From a virus: a stretch of DNA of 64,000 nt. Below are positions 28,101 through 37,743 of this stretch, one piece after another. Below the pieces are notes generated by a model. It had not been told where the DNA came from and ran no database searches. It was given only the letters and a program-made list of their open reading frames with translations. A program made the position numbers and the translations under genes. Position 1 is the stretch's first letter; the number at the start of each line of letters is the position of its first letter. The stretch covers positions 2,626 through 66,625 of IMG/VR virus record IMGVR_UViG_3300045988_183936. One strand, 5' to 3'.

Positions 28101-28319
28101 TTAATCCTCCTTATCCAATTCAACGCCGCAATGGATGCAGCGGTTCAATTTGATGGCACACTCAGGGCAAAGTGTGTCTGCAGGTGTGTTGGAACAGATA
28201 ATGAACTTGCCGCATTCGAGACAATGGCTTTCAGAAAATGCGTGAAGAACGATGCGATTGAAGCATTTGGCGCAATGCTTGTATGTCAGCCGTGAGGTTA
28301 CGGTAGTTGCAGCTTCCAT
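28101..28319 (-). CDS. small Cys4x2 zinc-finger protein (72 aa)
   Basis: CAKC...CLEC...CPEC...CIHCG. Confidence 0.45.
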   Translation of the reverse strand: MEAATTVTSRLTYKHCAKCFNRIVLHAFSESHCLECGKFIICSNTPADTLCPECAIKLNRCIHCGVELDKED

Positions 28320-30497
28320 TTAGGATACCTCCTTCTGAGCAACCCAGCTCAAGAATTTCGATACATTGCGGGAATGGAGACTATGGACATCCTCGGCGAG
28401 CTTCCACTCGGACAGGTCTACCATCCAAGAGGGATACTTCTCCGTAAAGCCGGGGCAAGCATGGTCAATGTGCTCTTTCTCGGATACCTCGCGCTGGCGG
28501 ATGTGCTGTAGCGCCACGTTCAGGTACTTGATACCATAGGCGTAATCCACGCACTTACCTCCGATAATCCATCCACCGAGGTTCTTGGTGTTGATGGCGT
28601 AAGTCAGCCACTCGGAGTTCATAAAAGTGAGGTTGATGTATTCGTCGCGGAATACCTCAAAATTGGAACGGGCGCGTTTCTTACCCTCGTCATCATACCA
28701 ACGGCGATTTATGGACTCGCCCTTCTCCACAGACACGAAGAAATGCGGCTTAGTCTCCATGACAGTTTCAATGATTTCGGCGTCGTCGCCGAGATTACTG
28801 CCATCGCCATATGTGGCATAGCGAATGCCATTAAAGAGATAATAGGTGCGCTGCTCCGGTGCATCATACTCCACCAGATTGATGGGATAGATGGCGCAGT
28901 CATCAACGGAACAGTCGTGGGTACGGTTGCGGTCTCCCCTGCCACGGTCATTCCAGTAAGGCCTATACCTGTATTCTCTCTCCGGAGTCAAAGAAAGAAC
29001 GGTCAAGATACTATCACCCTTCTTTGCGTCAGGCTTGTTGCATCGCTCCACAATGTCTACAAAGCTGCCGTAGCGGTTGTCGGTCAACCAGCGGTCAGCC
29101 ATGGAAAACACGACATACTCGGAGGACTTGGAGATTTTGACGCCAGCCGGCAGAGAAAGGATGTTGGAGCTATCCGCCACACCCTGCAGGATATTGAACA
29201 GGAAGATGCGGGATACCATCTCCACGACCATGCTGCGTGCCTGTGTACGCTCTTCCTTCACACGCTGCTTACGCTGGTGTTCATCCTCCTGACCGATATA
29301 TTCCGTATTCACACGGAAATCCTTGGGGTTCACGTCCATGATGAAATCGTCCGTTACATGAACTTCCTCAGGGTCAGTCCAGCCTATATAGACGTTCTCG
29401 CCATTACGAATGACAATACCGACGGTGTTACCGTGATAGATATTGTAGCTGTCCAGCATATTGCTCCACGTCTCATGACCAAAGAAGTGCTTGCCAGTCT
29501 TGCTGAGGCGAACCAGCGCAACACACTTCTCGCTGGGAGCAAAGGTATCCAGCGCAACAGGAGACGCTGCGAGGAACTCCTCGAAATACTTCAGCTTGCT
29601 TTCTTTCATGTTGTAAATGGAAGCAAGGCGCCCCATCTCTTCATCAAGGAAACGGAGCTTCTGGAACAGGACGACCGGTTCTTTCTCCGGTGCATTCCGG
29701 CCAGTGCGGATACGGGTAAAATTGATTGTCTCACCCATGTAGCAGCGGATAGCATAAATCTGGGACTCCAGCAGGTAAATCTGATTATTCATCATCTCAA
29801 CCTGCTCTTCCAGCGCCTCACGCTTGGCAGATAGTTCGTCCATCAGCTTAGACTTCTTCTCTTCCAGCGCGGCCATAGCACGCTCGACCTCTTCCTTGAG
29901 GGCGCGAAGTTCTTCGCTGGTGCCATTTCTCGTTGCCTCAATATCGGCCTTGAGCGAGTTCAGCTCCGCTTCACGGTCAGACAGGCCTTCACGCACCTGA
30001 GAGACCGAAAGAGACTCAGGCACGGATGCCGGCAGCGTCGATGAAGCGCCGTGCGTTGCGAGGGCTCGCATCTCGCCCACGGACATTGCGGAATAGTCCT
30101 TGACCGGCACATACTCCGCCACCAGAGAGTCCGGCTGGTAGAGAAAGAATCTGCGGCTGCCGAGACCGACGACCATACCGATGCCCTCATAAATGCTATA
30201 TACGTTGGCGGGCTGCTCATAGGTCTTACAGTAGTCGATGAACTCAGAAAGGTTCTTGAGATAGTCCTCAATGTGTTTCCGCCACCATCTCGCATTGGTG
30301 TCACTATCTTGTGAGAGACTGGACAGGTCCGTAAGCCCCAAAAAGAGCGTTGCATCGTCTCTGTCATTCTCTCTGATAATGCGAATTTCTTCCTGTCGGG
30401 CCTTTTCAAAGCGCCATTCACGGCTTCTCGCTGCCCACTCATTCTTGTACGCCTCGATGTCATTGAAGCGCACCGTCCCCAAAATGGTGTTCTTCAT
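28320..30497 (-). CDS. large hypothetical protein with central coiled-coil (725 aa)
   Basis: Long ORF. Heptad-like EEL/ALEE region. No recognised catalytic motif. Confidence 0.55.
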   Translation of the reverse strand: MKNTILGTVRFNDIEAYKNEWAARSREWRFEKARQEEIRIIRENDRDDATLFLGLTDLSSLSQDSDTNARWWRKHIEDYLKNLSEFIDYCKTYEQPANVYSIYEGIGMVVGLGSRRFFLYQPDSLVAEYVPVKDYSAMSVGEMRALATHGASSTLPASVPESLSVSQVREGLSDREAELNSLKADIEATRNGTSEELRALKEEVERAMAALEEKKSKLMDELSAKREALEEQVEMMNNQIYLLESQIYAIRCYMGETINFTRIRTGRNAPEKEPVVLFQKLRFLDEEMGRLASIYNMKESKLKYFEEFLAASPVALDTFAPSEKCVALVRLSKTGKHFFGHETWSNMLDSYNIYHGNTVGIVIRNGENVYIGWTDPEEVHVTDDFIMDVNPKDFRVNTEYIGQEDEHQRKQRVKEERTQARSMVVEMVSRIFLFNILQGVADSSNILSLPAGVKISKSSEYVVFSMADRWLTDNRYGSFVDIVERCNKPDAKKGDSILTVLSLTPEREYRYRPYWNDRGRGDRNRTHDCSVDDCAIYPINLVEYDAPEQRTYYLFNGIRYATYGDGSNLGDDAEIIETVMETKPHFFVSVEKGESINRRWYDDEGKKRARSNFEVFRDEYINLTFMNSEWLTYAINTKNLGGWIIGGKCVDYAYGIKYLNVALQHIRQREVSEKEHIDHACPGFTEKYPSWMVDLSEWKLAEDVHSLHSRNVSKFLSWVAQKEVS

Positions 30498-30536
30498 TGT
30501 CCTTTCACCTCTTTTTTTGACTACCCTTTTTTGATT

Positions 30537-30935
30537 TTAAGTTTTGCAGTAGCGGATAAAGTCCTGCGCCGAGAACGGCAGGTTATCGTATCCGCAGTCC
30601 TTCAAATAACGGGAAACAACAGCAGAGCTCATACTGATACGTCCATCACCAGATGCCTTCATATGTTGCAAGCAGATGTCAGCATAACCATCTACCACAT
30701 CAAGGTGCTCCAGACACCACTTCTCTACGCGGCGTTTGCGGGCCGCCAGAGACCGCTGTTCGGGATGCGGCATCTTCTTATAGGTGTACGCCTTTGCCGC
30801 CTTCTCACGGCTTGTGTAGCCGAAACCTTGGGCATCATCCAGTACCGCACCAGTCTTGGGCTGTATGACAATGTAACGCGGCTCATATTCTGAGGAAAGC
30901 TCCCTCGAATATACTACTTTGAAGTAATCAGCCAT
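30537..30935 (-). CDS. hypothetical protein (132 aa) sharing the DDAQGFGY...AAKAY motif with 8834..9154
   Basis: RYIVIQPKTGAVLDDAQGFGYTSREKAAKAYTYKKM. Confidence 0.45.
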   Translation of the reverse strand: MADYFKVVYSRELSSEYEPRYIVIQPKTGAVLDDAQGFGYTSREKAAKAYTYKKMPHPEQRSLAARKRRVEKWCLEHLDVVDGYADICLQHMKASGDGRISMSSAVVSRYLKDCGYDNLPFSAQDFIRYCKT

Positions 30936-31100
30936 ACAAGCTCATCGCCCTTCCACCGATTTTAGTAGTCATGCTCATGTTCCCCCAAGGCACTCTCACC
31001 TCGGCGCTGCGCCGCCTCTCACGCAGCATTCAGCTCATGGCAAGTTCCTGCTTCAGCGACGGAGTTCGTCTCCACAGGCGTAAATTCCGGTTATACCATC

Positions 31101-31137
31101 CGTACTTATTTTTTACTTTGCGTACTTATTTTTACTT
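31101..31137. repeat. tandem about 20-bp direct repeat (cgtacttatttt(t)tactttg x2) abutting the tRNA 3' end
   Basis: Seen at 31101-31120 and 31121-31140. Confidence 0.6.
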
Positions 31138-31225
31138 TGGCGGAGAGAGTGGGATTCGAACCCACGGATGTTTTCGCATCGCCGGTTTTCAAGACCGGTG
31201 CCTTCAACCGCTCGGCCATCTCTCC
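31138..31225 (-). tRNA. tRNA-Ser (anticodon TGA)
   Basis: Reverse complement GGAGAGATGGCCGAGCGGTTGAAGGCACCGGTCTTGAAAACCGG...GGGTTCGAATCCCACTCTCTCCGCCA. 7-bp acceptor stem, long variable arm, anticodon loop cTTGAaa, encoded CCA. Confidence 0.85.
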
Positions 31226-31268
31226 GTGTTTCCCGCCGCAGGGAGTGCCTACGGCGGGGTAATTGTTT

Positions 31269-32705
31269 TTACTCGGCTTCGCCCTCAGTGACGGCGGTAG
31301 GCTCAACACTGGAAGCAGATGCGGGAACTGCGACCTTACCGCCGACAAAGCCAGCCAGCAGGCTCCGCAGGTCGATACCCAGACCATTCAGCATACCGTT
31401 GGAGACCTGAGTGGTAGAAGAAACGATGTCCTCAATCAGCTTGGTGCTGTTGCCCTCGCCGTACATGGTAATAGAATCCACATTAGTGAGAGGTGCAGCC
31501 ACGTTCTTGGCGATTTCGGGAAGCGCGTTCATAATCATCTCGACCACTGCGGCCTCACCATACTTCTTCATGGCCTCAGCCTTACGGTCGATACCCTCCG
31601 CTTCGGCCAGAGCCTTGGCCTTGATAGCCTCGGCTTCTGCGGCACCAACGGCCTTGATACCTTCGGCAATCTGCTCCTGCTCGAAGCGCTTGGCCTCGGC
31701 TTCCTGCTTGCGAGCGTACAGCTCTGCTTCGGCCTTCTTTTCGGCAGCGTACTTATCGGCATCTGCCTTCTTGCGAATATCAGCATCCAGCCGACGCTCC
31801 TGCAGCGTGATTTCGCGCTCGGCCAGCTCTGCTTCCTTCTCGCGCTTCGCAATGTCGGCATCGGTAGAAGCAATATCGAGGCTCCGGCGCTGCTTCTGCT
31901 CCTCAATCTTATAGGCAGCATCGGCAGCAGCCTTCTTGATGTCGGAGGTCTCCTTCAGCTCGGCCTGCTTCACGGCCAGTTCGGTCTTACGAATAGAAAT
32001 CTGTGTATCGGATGCGACCTGAGCCTCGTTCGCCTGACGCGCCGCTTCCGCCTGAGCAATCTGAATATCGCGCTCCGCTTCGGCTTTGGCGATAGAAGCA
32101 TTTTTCTGGATTTGACTCATATTGTCCTGACCCAGAGCATTGATAAGACCCTTCTCGTCGGTCACACGCTGGATGTTGCAGGAGATAATCTCGATACCCA
32201 ACGCATTCATGTCAACCTGCGCCTTTGACTGGATTTCATCACCGAATTTCTTACGGTCATTGCAGATTTCCTTGAGCGTTATAGTACCGATAATCTCTCT
32301 CATGTTTCCCTGAAGAGAGTCCGAGATAGCCTGCTCAAAACCACGGGCATCGGTGATGTTCAGGAAGTTCCGCATAGCCAGCTTGATACCCTCATCATCA
32401 GTCCGGACACGAACTTTGGCAACAGCGTCCACGTCAACGCCGATGAAGTCCAGTGTGGGGATGTAGCCATCGGATTTGATGTCCACAGAAATCTGACGGA
32501 CAATTAGCTTATCGACGCGCTCCAGAAACGGAACGCGAACGCCGGCACGACCAATGAGGATTTTGGGCTTCTTGCGAAGACCGGAGATGATATACGCCAT
32601 ATCGGGCGGCGCCTTGATATACCCCAAAATACAGATGATGAGGACCGCAATCACGATAATTGCGGGGACGAGAACAGCCTTGTTCCCAAAGAGCAGGTCA
32701 AACAT
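31269..32705 (-). CDS. flotillin / SPFH (band-7) domain protein with long Ala/Glu-rich coiled-coil
   Basis: N-terminal TM. SPFH region (GYIPTLDFIGVDVDAVAKVRV...). AEAE/KAEA repeats typical of YqiK/FloT. Confidence 0.7.
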   Translation of the reverse strand: MFDLLFGNKAVLVPAIIVIAVLIICILGYIKAPPDMAYIISGLRKKPKILIGRAGVRVPFLERVDKLIVRQISVDIKSDGYIPTLDFIGVDVDAVAKVRVRTDDEGIKLAMRNFLNITDARGFEQAISDSLQGNMREIIGTITLKEICNDRKKFGDEIQSKAQVDMNALGIEIISCNIQRVTDEKGLINALGQDNMSQIQKNASIAKAEAERDIQIAQAEAARQANEAQVASDTQISIRKTELAVKQAELKETSDIKKAAADAAYKIEEQKQRRSLDIASTDADIAKREKEAELAEREITLQERRLDADIRKKADADKYAAEKKAEAELYARKQEAEAKRFEQEQIAEGIKAVGAAEAEAIKAKALAEAEGIDRKAEAMKKYGEAAVVEMIMNALPEIAKNVAAPLTNVDSITMYGEGNSTKLIEDIVSSTTQVSNGMLNGLGIDLRSLLAGFVGGKVAVPASASSVEPTAVTEGEAE

Positions 32706-32729
32706 AGTTCTTTTTCTCCTTTGTTCTAT

Positions 32730-33518
32730 TTAATCAGCGGAGTATTCCGCGTCCGCCCAGTTAAGGCCAGTGCCGTAATCAATCTTGACACCGGGCTGCA
32801 CGTTATAGCAAAACACGCAGAACTCAATGGTATCATCCTCTACGGAGAGAGCTTCCATCAAGACGCCATTCGCCACAAGATTATCTCCTTCAAAAACAGG
32901 AGTCACACGATACAGAACGTGGTTGTTTGTCTCGTGAACATAATCGGCAATCTCATTCTCAAACGGAAGCATACCAGTTACATTGAGGTAGCGGGTTCCG
33001 GTGATGAGGTTCTTGACGTTGGCATTCTCGCCGGTGAGCTGATAGCCCAGAAGGTGACAGCGATTGTAGAGGTACTTGCCATCCACGCAGTCGTACTTGT
33101 TCAGGTGCCAGCCTGACGGCTTCACGGAACCGATAGACCCACGCTCCTCCGTAGGCATCAGCTCTTGGCACACATTTGCGTAGGCCGGTCCGCAGCGTCC
33201 GAGGTCGTCCAAGTCAGTAAACAGCTCGAAAGGCTCGGTAGTGATGTCGTCCTCGGTGAAGTACGGTACATTACCGTTCACAACGGTGTACGGCTCTCCG
33301 CTGAATGGCTCTATGTCGTCCAACGAGAACTCCGTCGAATACCCTGTCTGGGTACTCCCTTGCGTATCGCTATACGGAGGGTTGGTATCGGGATTGGCAG
33401 TGTTCGTAAGCTGAGGAATCAGCTTTGCACCATAGAACACTGCGATTGCTACTAAGAAGGCAAGCAAACCGCGAACGACATTCATGTTCGTCTGTTTCTT
33501 CTTCGCTTTCTTTGCCAT
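32730..33518 (-). CDS. membrane-anchored DNA/RNA non-specific endonuclease (EndA/NucA-like)
   Basis: N-terminal signal anchor. NRCHLLGYQLTGENANVKNLITGT resembles the (D/N)RGH...N...NL active-site block of Endonuclease_NS_2. Confidence 0.5.
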   Translation of the reverse strand: MAKKAKKKQTNMNVVRGLLAFLVAIAVFYGAKLIPQLTNTANPDTNPPYSDTQGSTQTGYSTEFSLDDIEPFSGEPYTVVNGNVPYFTEDDITTEPFELFTDLDDLGRCGPAYANVCQELMPTEERGSIGSVKPSGWHLNKYDCVDGKYLYNRCHLLGYQLTGENANVKNLITGTRYLNVTGMLPFENEIADYVHETNNHVLYRVTPVFEGDNLVANGVLMEALSVEDDTIEFCVFCYNVQPGVKIDYGTGLNWADAEYSAD

Positions 33519-33561
33519 AATGACAGATTTTTCCTTTCTTTCAAAGATTGTTTTTATAGTT

Positions 33562-33594
33562 CGACTATAACACGAACGTAAAAAAATGTCAAGT
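33562..33594 (-). promoter_or_regulatory. promoter for the nuclease gene (TTGACAttttttta...TTATAGT module)
   Basis: On the minus strand: gacTTGACAtttttttacgttcgtgTTATAGTc. Near-identical module at 53114-53146. Confidence 0.5.
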
Positions 33595-33612
33595 CAATGT
33601 GAGCCAAATTGC

Positions 33613-33640
33613 TTGACAATATGTTCGAATGTGGTAATAT
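33613..33640 (+). promoter_or_regulatory. sigma-A promoter with extended -10
   Basis: TTGACAatatgttcgaatgTGgTAATAT. Resembles the cassette promoter. Confidence 0.55.
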
Positions 33641-33720
33641 AGAATATGTAATAAGTGCAGGTAATAAGGGCATTTGGGGAATGTTGCCCACAACGTCGCC
33701 TGCAAGCGGAGGTGCTTTTT

Positions 33721-33954
33721 ATGCTTGAAAAACTTGTCAAAATATTTGAAACTGTAAGGGACTGGGTTCTCGCGCTTACACCTTCGCAAATTGTGAGCCT
33801 GCTGGTGCTGATTGCCGCCCTGTATGTGGCACGTAAGGTCGTCAGGAAGGGACTGTCTATTGCACTGACCATCGTTGCAGTGCTGGCTGGTCTGTACTTC
33901 CTCGTACCCAGTATCTTTTACACCATCATCGGCTGGCTCACCACAATCTTCTAA
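33721..33954 (+). CDS. small membrane protein (77 aa)
   Basis: Internal ATG of ORF 33655..33954 downstream of the promoter. Two TM helices. Confidence 0.45.
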   Translation: MLEKLVKIFETVRDWVLALTPSQIVSLLVLIAALYVARKVVRKGLSIALTIVAVLAGLYFLVPSIFYTIIGWLTTIF

Positions 33955-33982
33955 ACTACAACATACTTGAAAGGACAAAACT

Positions 33983-34420
33983 ATGAGCAGCTATGAGAAA
34001 TTCAAAACGGTGTGGACCGTAGGTAACATCATCGTTATCTACCTCCTCAACGCATTCATTTTGAAGAAGGCAGGGTATCCCATCTGGGCCGGCTTTACGC
34101 CGATTTACAATATCTTCTGCCTGTTCTATTCCACTTATGGACATACCCGTTACGTGTGGCTGATGCTGGTGCCTATCGTAAACATCGTCCTGACCATCGT
34201 AACGTGGGTGAAGTTCGTATCCATGTTTGGTGTGGACTATCAGGGGTTTACCAGCTACCACAGGCCGAAAATGGTACTCTGGATGGCTCTGTTCCCTGCT
34301 ATCGTCTATGCGATTTTGGCTTTTGACCCCACAGAGTACAAAGGCCCCTACCCCGGCCCTGACCCGTTCCGGAAAAATCCTCTTCCCTCCGCTGGAAGCA
34401 ACGGCGGTCAGAATATGTAA
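33983..34420 (+). CDS. polytopic membrane protein (145 aa)
   Basis: Hydrophobic throughout. aaggacaaaactATG RBS. Confidence 0.5.
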   Translation: MSSYEKFKTVWTVGNIIVIYLLNAFILKKAGYPIWAGFTPIYNIFCLFYSTYGHTRYVWLMLVPIVNIVLTIVTWVKFVSMFGVDYQGFTSYHRPKMVLWMALFPAIVYAILAFDPTEYKGPYPGPDPFRKNPLPSAGSNGGQNM

Positions 34421-34447
34421 AACCAGAAAGAAAGGAAGTAGATACCC

Positions 34448-35941
34448 GTGGCACGAGATAACACGTGGACTTTCACTGCAGAGGAAGTCGCACAAATCAC
34501 CAAGTTGCCCAAACGTCAGTTCAAGCTGGGCGCCGGCAACGTCTGCACCGGATATTTCGATGATGCCAACAGTCGCTTCTATGAGTGCGACGATAACGGT
34601 AAGCTGACCGGACGTGTCGGCAGCGCAAAGAAGCAGACGACCATCGTTGTACCCGCAACCAATGGAGGAGATGACCCTCCCCCTGCTCCCCCTGAAAAGA
34701 AGGAACCTCCCAAGAAAGAGCCCGCAAAGAAGCCTGAACCTCCGAAGTCTGAACCGACACCTCCCCCCTCAGGTACGGCTGACGCCCCTGACTGGCGTGA
34801 GCTGAAGCGGCAGGAGGAGGAGCGTCTGAAAGCCGAGAAGCAGCGGGAACGTGAGGAGAAGAAAAAGCGTAAGCCTACCGTATCCGCCAGTGATGCTGCT
34901 GGAACCAGTATGGTGCCTGTAAGCCCGTTCAAGCGTTTTATGAAGAAGGTTGTCCTGCCCGTCGTGGCTGTAGTCGCCTGTGGAGCTATCGCTTTCTGTG
35001 TATATTCCATTTTGGCAAACCGGTCTACGCCTATCGGCTATCAGTACCCCACAGTGCTTCAGCGTTCCGATGGTACGACTGTTACCACGTCTTACGTACA
35101 CGGCGACAGTGTTCAGGTCATTCAGGTCACGGACGATGTCCTGCCGGGGACGCAGTTCTCCAAGGACAATCTGGCCGTGGCTACCATTCCCGCTGACGTC
35201 TACAACTGTGCTGTAGCTATCGGCTCCAAGTTGTGCAACGTTGAAATGGCGAACACAGTCGTCGGGAAGTATGCCACCGAGTATATCGGCGCCGGTCAAA
35301 TCCTTCGTATCGACCAGTTCAGCGTCAACAGCACTACAGGAGCTTCCGTTGCTGCAAATCCTTGGCTGGCTGAGGATGGCGAGGATGTCCGCGATTACCT
35401 GTGGGAAGATGATACCAGTTTCCTGATGTTCGGTCGTGAGGCGGTCATCACTATCACCCGCACTGTGGACGATAACAACGCCGCTCTCCGCGAGGAGCTG
35501 TATGCAGATGACCCCACTATCGAGTACACCATCAGCGAGAAAGACGAGCATAATCGTCGGCATGAGACCATCAAGCTGAAAGCTGTTGTCAGTGACCTCT
35601 TGAACTCCGACGGCACCCTGTTGTATGATGTATACGCCAAGTTGGGTGCTATCCCGCAGGGCGAACTGAGCCAGTATGTGAAGAACCATGTCAGTGTTGC
35701 AAAGATGGTTCCCACCATCGTACGCTTCCGTATGACAGAGAAGGCTGCCACCGTGTATGATGCAGCAATGGTCACGGGCGCTGATGTGACGCTCACCAGC
35801 GGCACAGTAACGACCGTGGAGCTGCTGGAGGAACTGGAAGCCAACACTCCCGAACGGGCCGCACAGCTCAACATCTGCCAGTTCGTAGACCGTATCCTCT
35901 GCGGAGATAACACCGTACAGAACACTGACCCTGTGCAGTAA
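34448..35941 (+). CDS. single-pass membrane protein with Pro/Lys-rich linker (497 aa)
   Basis: GTG start. PPPAPPEKKEPPKKEPAKKPEPPK linker then a TM helix and an extracellular domain. Confidence 0.5.
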   Translation: MARDNTWTFTAEEVAQITKLPKRQFKLGAGNVCTGYFDDANSRFYECDDNGKLTGRVGSAKKQTTIVVPATNGGDDPPPAPPEKKEPPKKEPAKKPEPPKSEPTPPPSGTADAPDWRELKRQEEERLKAEKQREREEKKKRKPTVSASDAAGTSMVPVSPFKRFMKKVVLPVVAVVACGAIAFCVYSILANRSTPIGYQYPTVLQRSDGTTVTTSYVHGDSVQVIQVTDDVLPGTQFSKDNLAVATIPADVYNCAVAIGSKLCNVEMANTVVGKYATEYIGAGQILRIDQFSVNSTTGASVAANPWLAEDGEDVRDYLWEDDTSFLMFGREAVITITRTVDDNNAALREELYADDPTIEYTISEKDEHNRRHETIKLKAVVSDLLNSDGTLLYDVYAKLGAIPQGELSQYVKNHVSVAKMVPTIVRFRMTEKAATVYDAAMVTGADVTLTSGTVTTVELLEELEANTPERAAQLNICQFVDRILCGDNTVQNTDPVQ

Positions 35942-35963
35942 AAGTTTTGAGGAGGACAAAAAC

Positions 35964-36653
35964 ATGAAAAAGTATCTTGTCTTGGTGCTGGCTGCGCTGA
36001 TGCTGCTGACTATCGCCGGCTGCGGAAAGAAGAACGGAGACAATCCCGCTGACGACCCGAAGTACAATCTGGAAAATCCCGAACCTATTCCCGATGGTAT
36101 GGAGGATACCAAGGGCTATATCGGTGATGGAAAGTACCGCAACGACGTGAAGCTGACCTGCATCCTGCAGTCTGGCTACGAGGTCACGCTGGGCATGGGC
36201 GACAAGGACGCAGGCTCCAACGCCGTCTACCTGAACCCCACCTGTTCCAACCCCAACGGCGCGGTTTTCTATATCGAAGCCGAGCGCATGATGTTCCCTC
36301 AGTATTCTACCCCGATGGAACTCGCCACTGTTAAGCTGGCCGACTTCCCCGCCATGGATACCAACAGCATCGCTGCTTTCCAGTGGTATGAAGACATCAT
36401 GGGTGTGGATGCCGTCTATCACGACGTAGATAACTACGGCGTGGCATGGCAGGACTCCAGCCTTGTGGATGGCGACTCCGGTTCTGAAACGCTGACCATC
36501 AAGGTCTGCGATAAGGTTACTGGCGAAGAGCTGGGAACAGTCGTTGCCCACATCGACTATGATGCTGAGAATGACATCTACTTCCTCGCCGATATGAGCG
36601 AGGTCATCGAAAACGCCGACGGTGCTGTTGACACCACAGTTCCTGCGACATAA
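35964..36653 (+). CDS. lipoprotein (229 aa)
   Basis: Signal peptide with lipobox LTIAGC. Confidence 0.6.
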   Translation: MKKYLVLVLAALMLLTIAGCGKKNGDNPADDPKYNLENPEPIPDGMEDTKGYIGDGKYRNDVKLTCILQSGYEVTLGMGDKDAGSNAVYLNPTCSNPNGAVFYIEAERMMFPQYSTPMELATVKLADFPAMDTNSIAAFQWYEDIMGVDAVYHDVDNYGVAWQDSSLVDGDSGSETLTIKVCDKVTGEELGTVVAHIDYDAENDIYFLADMSEVIENADGAVDTTVPAT

Positions 36654-36672
36654 AAAAGAAAGGAGAACAAAT

Positions 36673-37125
36673 ATGCCCGCTATTATCAGTGATTCCAAGC
36701 AGCAGCAGGCACTTCAGCAGGTCATGGACGGTCTGAAAGCTGTCTCCGGCATCAACACTATGCTGGATATTGCCGCGAAGGATAACGCCTTTACAGTGTC
36801 CGCAAAAAGCCGCAAGAAGCCCGCAATCGTCGTTGATGAACAGGCTGCCACCCGTATTCAGGGCGCTATTAAGGCGTACCGCGATAAGATGGTCAAGAAG
36901 ATTCGTGATACAGCCGACAAACAGCGTATTGCTTTGTCCGATGAGGACGAGGCAATTCTCAACTGGGGCGTTGGTACTTCCGCAGCAGAACCCGTCGAGG
37001 ACACCGCCGAGGCTTCCGATGCCGATGAGGACGATACCGCTGACGGCGAATCCGCAGAGGAAATCGCGGAAGCCGATGAACCTACAGAGACTCCCGAAAA
37101 CGCCAATCCCTACACACTGTATTAA
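36673..37125 (+). CDS. hypothetical acidic protein (150 aa)
   Basis: aaaaaagaaaggagaacaaatATG RBS. Confidence 0.5.
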   Translation: MPAIISDSKQQQALQQVMDGLKAVSGINTMLDIAAKDNAFTVSAKSRKKPAIVVDEQAATRIQGAIKAYRDKMVKKIRDTADKQRIALSDEDEAILNWGVGTSAAEPVEDTAEASDADEDDTADGESAEEIAEADEPTETPENANPYTLY

Positions 37126-37132
37126 GCCAAAT

Positions 37133-37166
37133 CGGAAGCCCTCGCCTATCGGCGGGGGCTTTTCTT
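37133..37166 (+). terminator. intrinsic terminator (a second hairpin at 37180-37205 serves the minus strand)
   Basis: aaGCCCtcgcctatcggcgGGGGCttttctttt. Then aaGCCGGCCCtttaGGGCCGGCtgttt. Confidence 0.6.
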
Positions 37167-37206
37167 TTATATGCTTGAAGAAAGCCGGCCCTTTAGGGCC
37201 GGCTGT

Positions 37207-37743
37207 TTAGTTGTCACGAGAGTTCAGTTCCGCTTTGACTTCCTCGGTATCCTTGGCATCCGCAGGAACGTAAATTTCCTGATAGGCCAGAAGGCGCGTA
37301 GCATCTTTGGCGCGGACGTAGATGGTATATTTGAAGCCGGGGAACAGGTCTTTGTTCTTCCGGTCAGGAAGATTGAACACATGAGCTTCCTGTTCCTCGT
37401 CCTCTCCAGTTACAAAGATGACTTCCTTGCTGTCACGCGGCCAATTCCGCGACCGTACAGAACGGCACGTAGCCACATGGCAGATGATATCACCGTTCTC
37501 CCATTCTGTCCGCAGGTGCAGTGCAGTGTAGACCACATATGCGGCCAGCAGAAGAATGGCACAGGCAAAAGGAATCATGGATGCAAAATGTGTTTTCTGA
37601 AGTACGAGGGTCGCAATCAGAATGACTACAATAGCTCCAGCCATCAACAGGCCTTTGGTCGTCATCTGCTGCAGAGCTGCGGGATAAGGGTGTTCTTCGT
37701 CGAGGTGCTCGTCATAATTGCACACGGAGTTTTTGTCGGACAT
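37207..37743 (-). CDS. membrane protein (178 aa)
   Basis: Two TM helices. Start overlaps the upstream HTH gene stop. Confidence 0.5.
   Translation of the reverse strand: MSDKNSVCNYDEHLDEEHPYPAALQQMTTKGLLMAGAIVVILIATLVLQKTHFASMIPFACAILLLAAYVVYTALHLRTEWENGDIICHVATCRSVRSRNWPRDSKEVIFVTGEDEEQEAHVFNLPDRKNKDLFPGFKYTIYVRAKDATRLLAYQEIYVPADAKDTEEVKAELNSRDN

Noticed and set aside
28743-29834. 363-aa plus-strand ORF
   Set aside because: It is antisense to the 725-aa minus-strand gene. The minus-strand operon has coupled neighbours and a terminator.
30971-31387. ORFs 30971..31291 (+) and 31106..31387 (-)
   Set aside because: They overlap the tRNA-Ser gene and its flanks. No RBS. Spurious.
31263-32228. 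321-aa plus-strand ORF
   Set aside because: It is antisense to the flotillin gene. The Ala/Glu-rich repeat region creates open antisense frames.
33565-33600. Possible ComX cin-box (ACGAATA) inside the shared promoter module
   Set aside because: The match is partial, and its orientation and position are inconsistent with a -10 for the downstream minus-strand genes.
34769-36112. 447-aa minus-strand ORF
   Set aside because: It is antisense to two plus-strand genes that have signal and TM features.
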